In this document: positions 54,517-64,000 of the stretch, in pieces
Layout: each line of letters opens with the position of its first letter
How positions within the stretch are numbered: position 1 is the first letter of the stretch
Assembly: GCF_002113885.1 (NCBI RefSeq)
Contig: NW_018405739.1
Coordinates: 576,977-640,976, forward strand
From: Mizuhopecten yessoensis
Lineage: Eukaryota
Direction of reading: 5' to 3'
Length of the DNA stretch: 64,000 nt
Program-made: the position numbers and the translations under genes
The notes under the pieces: model-generated
What the model was told of the DNA's origin: nothing
The model's input: the letters and a program-made list of their open reading frames with translations, nothing else
Databases searched by the model: none

Positions 54517-55399
54517 CTAGTACAGATCTAGATTAGGGTTTCTTCTTCTTCCCATATATTAGTAAACACATAGTACAACACTATGTACCTGTTATTCAGT
54601 TTTGGGTCTTTCCATCAACCTTAGATTTATCCCTACCAGCAGAAATCTACCAAACACCAAAGTGCACAATTTCAAATGAATGACCCCGTCCCGTAAAACA
54701 TCAGCAACATAACATAGATCTAGTGGGCAAGGTAACTCAACAGCGCTGCGGGCGTGATCCCTCCCACTTTTGGAGGCAGGCGGCTAGTTCAGATAACAAA
54801 ACAGATGGGTGGTCTATATAGGTCTAATGGAACCCTTTTTAAAGTTATCTATAGCCATACCAAGTCTTTCCTGCCAATGTTTTCGAAAACTATTTCCACC
54901 TGCCCGCTTTTGTACTTATGCTATGACGACTTAAAATCTCTAATATAAGCTATACAAACTATACCATACCCAGCTTTGGGGTTATGTGAAACTCCCTTGT
55001 AATAACTGGCTTGACAAGATGTTTAGGAGAAAGGTGCTGTCGATATAATACCCTTCCAAGGGCACAAGGCAATTTCAGAGCCATGTTTATATCTGTGCCG
55101 ATGAGCTGCTTCCCTGATTGGTATATATAGTAATCATTGGAACGATACCGGAAAGGAGAAAATCCGGATTATCAATGACCTCTACACTGGACTCGAAAAT
55201 AAAATGATTGTATAATATAAAGTCAAAGTTCATTGTTATTTAAATTTGCCCTATATTTATAATAAAATTCTTCATTCTACCAAAATTTATCTATTCTGTT
55301 TTTAAAAGTATTGACACAACGTCCTCTGGAAGATTGTTCCTGAAATAGTTTCACCCCAGGGAAGTGTTGACTGATAAGGGAATAAGGGAGTACAGTATA

Positions 55400-55465
55400 T
55401 AATAATACTTTATCTAATGAGAGTATCAATTTTAGTGTAACACTAATCTTTCACATGGCCCTCCA
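55400..55465 (-). mobile_element. Possible LINE 3' tail fragment
   Basis: Minus strand GAGGGCCATGTGAAAGATTAGTGTTACACTAA...GATAAAGTATTATT, a hairpin plus (ATT)n tail pattern. Confidence 0.35.
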
Positions 55466-55814
55466 AAAGTTTACAAACTGCATTCATGAAAATACAAAAC
55501 ACATATTACCGCGGACTTTGGTTAGCGTTTAGGTACCCAAAATAGAACACTTTTAAAGCAAAATATTCGTATTTCCTATAAAGTAAAAGCAGGTGGAATA
55601 GAACAAGGAGAGCCAAAAACAGATTAAATTATCCATATTATAGAAAAAAGTTATACCGTGCGTGATATGCATCTTTAAGAAATCTTTGGAGAGTATAATT
55701 GTAAAAACAATGGAGTTTAGCAATAAACAGATTGTATTTCTGCCTGGAATATTAACAACACTCTATAGATGCTTATACATTTAGATGACTCGGCCCGCTT
55801 GTTAGATACAGGGG

Positions 55815-56860
55815 CAGTATAAGGTACCTCACCGTCGCCTCATATACAACCTATATAAATATAGAATCGGCCATAAAACAATAGATAGAAGGCTTCATGA
55901 GTATATAGAAACCAGATGATGTTGGTAACTGGATCATCGTCAAGGTCTCTTGGCATCCTCAGAGGAATTCCTCAAGAAAGAGTGTTGGAGCCCTTAAACT
56001 ATGTCGGAACACATTATTTTCCTGCCCACTTTTCTCAGATGACACCAAACTTTACGGCATATTTATTCAATCAGATTAGATCAACTCCAAAAATGGTCAG
56101 ACGACCGGTTACTTAAATTCCACCCAGATAAATGTTAAGTACTCCAGATCAAAGGATCAATCCTGGTTGACAGAAGTTATCATCTCACGGGTCAGAATGG
56201 CAAGAAAACTACACCAGAAAGCATTACCAGTGAAACAGGTTTAGGTGTAACGATAGATCGGCTAGACTTTAGAACACTCATGCAAAAAGTTATTTTAATG
56301 AAAACCCAATTTGGTCCCGGGCATCATAAGATGATATTTGAGATATAATCCATGTTTATGCGTCAAGCGCATGGAATCCGCGCAAAAGCCCGTATAAAGA
56401 TTAAAAGAAATTTCGTATGGAGAGCGTTTGAAAGTACTGCAACTCCAAACATTGAAAACCACAGTATGAGATGGGAATTAATAACAGTTTGAAAAAATAA
56501 CAATACTTTTGATGAAAGAGTCACTTCCAATTCATTAACCTTTGATATACATGTGTAAAAGATGTGGATTAAATAAGTTGCCTTACAAGCGTCAGCTGTA
56601 GGGAATTTCCCGGGCATGAGAGCCGATGGTAGCGGGTTCGAGCCTCAGCGACGGCACTATCTTTATCACTATTCCTCGTCCTATTACACATGGATGAACT
56701 CGAGGTATCAATCACAAAATGAACAAAAACCGATGTAACACGGAGTTCAGGAAAAACTCATTCACATTAAGAGTAGTAGCTGTATGGAACATTCTACTTG
56801 CTCAAATGATGAAACAATCTAGGATATTTGAACCACAACACAGGCTGTAAACTATTTGTT
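55815..56860 (+). mobile_element. Highly decayed CR1-type LINE RT fragment
   Basis: Ordered motif relics: KVPHRRL, GIPQERVLEP (GVPQGSVLGP), FSDDTKL (FADDTKL), KFHPDKC, LGVTID, KNSFTLRVVAVWN. Many frameshifts. Confidence 0.8.
56554..56688 (+). mobile_element. 135-bp copy of the tRNA-containing solo-LTR-like element, inserted in the CR1 relic
   Basis: TGTAAAAGATGTGG...CCTATTACA with 4-bp direct repeat CATG at 56550-56553 and 56689-56692. B box GGGTTCGAGCC retained; A-box region deleted. Confidence 0.85.
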
Positions 56861-57727
56861 AAATATCTGTTGATAGCCGGTAAAATTTCACTTAAGTGAT
56901 CAACCCCCAATATGACTATATAGGGTCACAGATCATAAAACCAACTGACATTCGATACAATTTGACAATTTCCTTTCACATCCTGTGGCAATGACCGTCG
57001 CTGAAAAATATTCATATAAGCAATAGGTTGCTACCTTTACAGTTCTAATAGAGTAGAACAATATAGAAGTAGAAAATTAAAACAAATCTATAAATTAAAA
57101 AAAACACCATGCATAACTAGAAAAGTTAGACGGACAGAATGGATGGATGGACGCGGTGGAGTGAAGACGTGTTTTATCTGCTCTGCTTTTAGCTTGATTT
57201 TAACTGGTTTTAAAGCTCCACCTGCCAACAGTTGACTTTATATAGTTTTTAGATTAGGTATATAGCATACAGCTATATTTTTAGGGGTGTAGTAAGTGTA
57301 CAGAACCGTTTTTATTGACTTTTATATGTCCTACCCCATTTTATAGTGGCGGGAAACCGTTCCCTTGTTGCAGAAAATAGACTGTTTTTAAATTACTGCA
57401 TTTTAGAGCCCGCATTGACTCTTTTATATGCATTTACTTTTAAAAATTACTACCACCCCGGCCCTTGGTGACGGAGTGTCTGCCTTTACCCCTGTATCTC
57501 GACGAAGACCGAGCTGTCGTCTAATTTTCCAAGATGGCGGCCCCACGTCGATGAACCTATATTCATGAAAGCCGATCTACATTAACAGCTGTAGTATGTA
57601 AAATCCATTTGGAAAAGTGACTTTTACCAATCTGTATCACCATAACTCTCCACCCGTACGCAATACTACAACCTATCGCCATAAAACTTCCATCACCATT
57701 ACAAAGTACAAGCAGGGTATACCCAAG

Positions 57728-60083
57728 ATGGCGGACAACATGATAATGGCTTCCACTGATGTATGTACAGTCAACATTGACCAGCCTAATGAACTTGTAC
57801 CTTTAAGTAATTATCAGATCAACCCTCATACCAGAACCAAATCATATACCATGAACCAAAAACGCTCACTTCAAAAAAAAAAAGGACAAATGTGAATCTC
57901 CATTCATAAACACCTTCCCCAAAGATGGAGGCAATCACCTCAAAATTGAATGCAGCACCGGGTGCTACGAATTGATCAAGTCAGGAATCATCTCTGCCAC
58001 AAATGATCAGACAATTATGGACAAGTATAACATGTCATTTGCACTGGAAATGGTCCACGATCAACAGGGAAACTCCCCGTAAACCGTAATAAAGGCTTAC
58101 AATAGACTTAAAAACTCACAACCGGGAATGAAACATTAATTCACAATCAACATGTACCATACCCAATGCTCACTGTTGATAAATGGACGAGGTACACCAC
58201 AATTTCAAGATGAGATTCTACCCGACATCATAGAAGCTGTAAAACAGAATCCAAATATGTCAACACTGGACAGACACTTCGCAGCACTCATAGACAGATG
58301 TCTAGCACAGAGTATTGACAAACCAGATGCACACACTAGCATATATGGGGACCCCCTATGCCCAGAAGTTGAAAATACTATGGCTGGAGCTGGTCACAAA
58401 ATTTGCAATGAAGTTGCTATACCAGACATTGAATGCAGCACCAATGAAGACATAAGCCTATGTCCACATTGTAAACTTCATGTAGAGGTAGGCCTTGAAT
58501 GCGACGTATGCTCCCTATGGTACCATTATGATTGTAAACACCTAGATCACAACTTCATAGACTTTCATGAGCAAGGAGATACCGTCTACAGCTGCCTATC
58601 ATGCAGACATCTAACTGCAAGATCAGAAACTCTTCAAATTTCCGATATGAACATCCATATTACCTCGCTACTTGAACCGGACTCCATGGATATTGGTCGT
58701 GATGATGAAGTACACATCAAAACATACCAAGATGACGCTACTAAAATCTCAATAAGACCGCCTACCGCACATCAAGAAACAGAAGTTAATACAGAGAGCA
58801 AGACCACCATAAAGGACCTCAACAACCACCAAGGTACATATGACTCCGATACAGGTCAGGCTATTGTAGCAGATGGAGAAATGGGCCCTTCAACAGTCAC
58901 AACAAAGGCATTGGAACTGACTTCAGTCCTAAACTCTAACAATATAGACATACCAGTAAGGCAGCCCCAGAAAACTGCAAAGGGAAAACCAAAACAAAGG
59001 CAAAAACAGGTTGAAGTCCACAACGAGACCAGTCAACAACTCCAACTGGCAACTTCACTCATCACCAAACTTGAAACAAAGGTCAACGATCTTGAAAGAT
59101 GTAACCGTCTCCTCCAACAACAAAACTCTGCTTCAGCAACAAAACACCATACGGCAGACCACACTCCGGCAGCAACTCCATCCACATGGCCCAGGACTGG
59201 CCAATATTCTACAAGCACACGGACCATGGAACCAGATATGCACAATACAGTCAATATGCTTCAAAACCGACTACAGGTAATGGAGATGGATCAAATGTGG
59301 TTAAGAATCAACAACATAGAGAACATGATGGTAATCCAGAATAAACTTGACAACAATAATCGTTTACCAAACAACTATACACCCTATATGGTTCAACAGC
59401 CACAGTTTTTCCCTGACCCCAGGTCTCTTCCGTTGAGGTACCCCCACCACCACCGTACTTAGGGATACCTCCTCCTTTCCACCAACTTCCGGTACACCCC
59501 CATGTACCTACAAGCGGTCAAGGCTTTGCAGTACCAACACAACCGTATCATATGAGCGCACCAACAGCACACGCCAATGAGTGGGGAGGAACCCAAAGAA
59601 CAAGTTATCAGGGGGACCAGAATCGACCTCCACGACCAAGCAGCCAACCCTCGGGGACCCCTAAGGAAAGCATATATCCACAACGAAATATTCCCCCAGA
59701 TGGCAAGCAGGAAAACCGACAAAAGGTCAACCGGTATACTTACCACCTCATAAACGACGCTCTGAATCTGGTACTGTAGATACAAAGAGGAATACCACAC
59801 CGTCATCATTACATCACCTGACGCCACACTCACTCCTAAAAAGGTCAAATTTGCAGATGAGAATTCCGCAGCAAAACGTGCCACGACTGAGCCCCCACCG
59901 TTACATGTCCATATGCCGGACCCTGATACGAACAGCATCACAGCCAAGGCTGTCAACGACACTCTGAATGAACCGGCGTCAACAAAAAACAGCCATGAAT
60001 CCAATACTACAGGGCAGGTTTTTTTACGGCATGGCCGTGCAGCAAACAGACACTGGCGGAAGGAAGGAAATCAATCAATATAG
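57728..60083 (+). pseudogene. LINE ORF1 (PHD finger, coiled coil, Pro/Gln-rich tail), disrupted
   Basis: ORF 58152-59462 has a C4HC3 PHD, CPHC...LECDVCSLWYHYDC...YSCLSC, and the coil LITKLETKVNDLERCNRLL. Probable start MADN at 57728. Several stops and frameshifts; final TAG at 60081-60083. Confidence 0.75.
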
Positions 60084-62768
60084 GCACCTTAAATATAAAA
60101 ACTATCCAGTCGAACAGCCTGTATCTGGAACAACTTCTGCAGACCACAGATGTACTTTGTATACAGGAACACTGGCTTTTTGAATTCCAACATCAACTCC
60201 TTAGCACAGGCACCCACCATCCACACTCCAACTTTGCTGATTCCAAAGATCCTATATCCCCTTTCCAAGTTCCAAGGGGCTATGGTGGAGTCTCAACCCA
60301 GCACAGAAAGGATATGGATGTGAATTACACCCACCACACTGACGGCAGTGAAAGAATCACCGTTTTATGACTAGCACAAACCCCCAGTCTGTATCATCAA
60401 TGTATACATGCCATGTAGAGGGAGACTCTCCGAGACAGACTACCAAGAGACATTAGATGAGACTGAGGAAGTTATACAAAAGTTTGATACTCATGCCATT
60501 TTCATCTGCGGTGATATGAATGCCTCACTCAGACTACGTCCAACAACTCCAGAGACAAATTATTGTATAAATTCTGCAAGGACCTGGATCTACAAACAGC
60601 ACAATGCGGAACTGACACCTTTTTCCATGTAAATACTAAGGACACTGCTGAAATTGACTATGTCCTCTTCAATAAGAAAGGTGAGAGTATGGTGTCAAAA
60701 TGCACAATCCTTGAGGAAAACCCAGCCAACCACTCAGACCATATCCCGGTAATCTTAGAATTAGATCTACAGACAAGATCAACAGACAAAACCACAACAA
60801 TCAACAACAAACCAAACTGGAGCAAATGCGACCCGGATAGTTACCACAGATATATTGAAAATAACCTGGATCACCTAAAAACACCAGCTAATGAATTTGA
60901 AACCATATCGGCAATTCAGCACCTAACAGGCACATTATCAGACGCCACGTCAAGCAGTATACCCAACTACAAACCTATCATACAACTAAAGAGAAAAAAA
61001 GAAAGCACCATGGAGTGATGAGATACAGCATGCAGCAAAACTCAGTAAGCAAGCAATGTGGAAATGGAAAGTAGCTGGAAAACCTCGCCATGTAGCCAAC
61101 TTACTGTACCGGGATATGAAGAACAGAAAAAAGACCCTACAGAGACTACAGAGGCAACAATCAGCCAAGAAGAGAGATGAATGGACCAATCATATAATAA
61201 CCTTCTATGGAGACCAGAAACTATTTTATAAATTGGTAAAATCACAGAGAAAGACTTCAGCTACTGGACCAAAAACACTTATGCTGGACGGAGTAACCTA
61301 TACAACACCAGATGAGGGCCTTCTTTGCTGGAACAAGCACTTTTCACGACTGGCAACCCCTCCGGAAAACATACTTTTCAAGGAGGACCACAAAGAGATT
61401 GCTGATAAAACAACAAACCGTATACACATACTCAGTGAGCAAGAACCAGCTGGAATAACACCGGCCTCAGAATCCGATATCAAGAAAGCCATATCCAAAC
61501 TAAATAACAACAAAGCAGCTGATAGCATGGCAATGACTAGCGAACACTTCAAAATGTCTGGAGATACCATAATTCCCTACCTAAAAACTCTTATCAACAG
61601 TATGCTAGAGAAAAAGAAAGTACCGGCAATGCTGAAATCTGGACTACTTACTCCAATCTACAAAAAGGGAGATCAGAAAAACCCCTCCAACTACCGTGGG
61701 ATCACCGTTACCACAGTCATACTTAAAATCGTGGAACATATTCTCAACGCCAGACATAACCTTATCCTGAATCCAACACAATCCAAACTACAGACCGGTT
61801 TCACCAAAGGTACAGCATCTATCAACTCAGCTCTCATCGTAACAGAATGCCTTAAGGAAGCCCGTCTACAAAGAAAGCCTCTTCTACTAACAACACTCGA
61901 TGCACAGAAGGCATTCGACGTCGTGGATCACAATATCCTTTTAAACAAGCTCTATGACGACGGAATCAAGGGCGCTGACTGGCTGATGATTCAGGATCTC
62001 TACAAGGATGTCACATCAGGCGTCAAGTGGGAGGGACAGACTTCAGACCCCTTTACTGTTCGACAACGAGTCCGTCAAGGGGGAGTACTCTCCACTTCTC
62101 ACTACAAACGTTTTAATAATCCCCTACTGAAGGATCTGGAAGAAAAATGTGAGGGAGCCAATATAGGATACATCAGAATCCCACACACAACATGTGCGGA
62201 TGACATTGCCCTTCTAGCTCACACGGCTCTCGACATGAAACATATGCTGACCAGGGTAGAGAATTATTCAACTCAAGAAAGATATCTACTGAACCCTTCA
62301 AAAAGTAAGATGAAACTGTACAACACCAAAGATGTAGAAACATTCTCCATATATGATGAACCAATAGAGATAACAGACCAGTTACCCCATCTTGGAGTCC
62401 TTAGAAATGGCAAGAACTCCATAGACTGCGAGAAAACTGTCCAAGCAGGAAGGAAAACAGCTTACTCACTCATGGGATCTGGATTTCATGGGAAGAATGG
62501 ATCATCTCAAATGGTTAAAGCACATCTTTGGAAAACCTATGTCGTCCCAAGACTCACATATGGAATGGAAACACTCAACTACACAAAAACGCAGATGAAA
62601 CCCCTGGAACGATTCCAGACCAAATTACTAAGACAGGTACAACATCTTCCGGACAGGACAGCAACATCTATATCCCTGGCATTACTTGGAATTCCTCCAC
62701 TCAGCTGTATCATTGACAGAAACACACTGAACCTGTTCTACAGAATCATATTCCTTACAGGCAAATAG
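60020..62768 (+). pseudogene. LINE ORF2 (AP endonuclease plus reverse transcriptase), disrupted
   Basis: Endonuclease motifs GTLNIK, LCIQEHWL, GYGGV, INVYMP, ICGDMNA, EIDYVL, SDHIPV. RT motifs in ORF 61056-62768: KKGDQKNPSNYRGITV, LDAQKAFDVVDH, VRQGGVLS, CADDIAL. Stop at 60368, frameshifts near 60545 and 61010, C-terminus cut short. Confidence 0.92.
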
Positions 62769-64000
62769 AGCAGCCTTCAACCAATACAACGTCAACCCGG
62801 AGTGCAGACTATGTCATACAGGGCCAGAGGACCGTCAACACTTCATAGCCGTTTGTACAACATATGATAGAATAAGGGAACATGCCTATCTGCGACTACA
62901 AAATATTCCAGCAATCCAGCAATATACAGAACTGACTTCAAATCCTACAAAATTCACTCATCTGATACTATATTGCACACACCCAGAGATCAGCGATATC
63001 CATGTCTTTAACAAAGATGAGAACTTCACAGTAGAGAATACTTGCAGAACTAGATACAGAGGAGAATGGCAGACCCTCCAATTAATGATATTGTTTTATA
63101 TAAACTTTACTATGTTTTATGGAAGAGAAAAGAACTCTTTAGTTTTTAATCCCTGTGTACATACGTCCTGACTGTGTACATATCTGTACAGATTTTATTG
63201 CTGAGCCGATATTCTACGCTACTAGGAAGTAGTGGTGCCTCGACAAGACAACGAGGGAATCTACCAAGAAGCCTGAACCTGAATGGCAAGCTATGCGAAT
63301 TTAATATCTTCAGATTTTTTATTGAACATATCAAGTTTTCTATTTTGTGATAACAGCGCTTTAGGTGGCATTATCTACGGCTTTGGGAATCCGGAACAAA
63401 TAACCGGATTTGGTTCTGCACTAATTATTTACATTGCATGTTTGTTTTGATGGCAGTGGTTGGTGCGTGGCGGTTAATAAGAGATCGTCACTGATTGGTT
63501 TACATTTTTCTATTGATTACCTAGAATTTTTTGCTTTCACATTAGGCCTATCTCACAAGAATTCATTCAGTGATGCTGTACTCCGTCTGTTTATATGGAC
63601 GTACGCATGCAGTCCATCTGTAGCAGCACAACGCATCGAAACGTGTAATTAAGCTCCAGGTAATTCTTTTATATGGTAACCTTGCAGCTTCTGCTACTTT
63701 CGGATTCAGCTGCTGGAGCGGACACCGTCGGGACCATCTGTTGACATGTTGATTACTATGATAGATGTTAATTAGATAGGGAATGCTTTTTATCTCTACC
63801 GGAAAACTCCACGCAGATAATAATAAATTTAAAACACCCAAGCATGTTATGCTCATCAGCAGGTTACGGGGATCTTAGGCAATTTGCCTGGTCTTTTGAT
63901 GAGCAGGTTTATAGATTTATATAATTTATTTACATTTTTTTTATAGTTTCCTTCAGTTGCAAGTTAAACATAATTATTGATAAATATGAAATAATTGATG

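Larger units (their letters stand above)
57140..63145 (+). mobile_element. Near full-length degenerate LINE (RTE-X/Proto2-like; clade uncertain)
   Basis: 5' UTR with YY1-like CAAGATGGCGG, PHD-containing ORF1, endonuclease-RT ORF2 and strong A/C strand skew. Outer boundaries are approximate; no target duplication was found. Confidence 0.85.

Noticed and set aside
59459-60004. 181-aa minus-strand ORF
   Set aside because: Antisense shadow of the LINE ORF1 region; no recognisable domain.
63220-63900. Possible exon or promoter of a next gene
   Set aside because: No convincing splice pair or homology within the window.

Overview
AT-rich, intron-rich animal genomic DNA. The repeat families resemble those of bivalve molluscs, possibly a scallop (inference). 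Three host genes could be spliced by hand with GT-AG boundaries and continuous frames. (1) The 3' part of CCDC81 (+, 1078-8273). (2) An importin-alpha of the alpha-1/KPNA1-5-6 subfamily (-, 26894-40378, plus an upstream exon ending at 41278). (3) MIX23/CCDC58 (+, 41561-47500), head-to-head with the importin across about 270 bp. Downstream of CCDC81 lies a diverged two-exon partial duplicate (12130-13428) missed by the ORF track. It keeps the parental intron position and reading frame but lacks the Cys-rich C-terminus. Mobile DNA includes a degenerate ~6 kb LINE (PHD ORF1, endonuclease-RT ORF2) with a candidate -1 frameshift site, a truncated Penelope-like element carrying a minimal hammerhead ribozyme, tRNA-box-containing LTR/TRIM-like elements with 4-bp target duplications, a V-type SINE, several Helentron-associated (HINE-like) elements including a nested pair, MITEs, HERO-like and CR1-like relics, and several intronic minisatellites. 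No real tRNA, rRNA or CRISPR array was found. Most short ORFs in the track are spurious.
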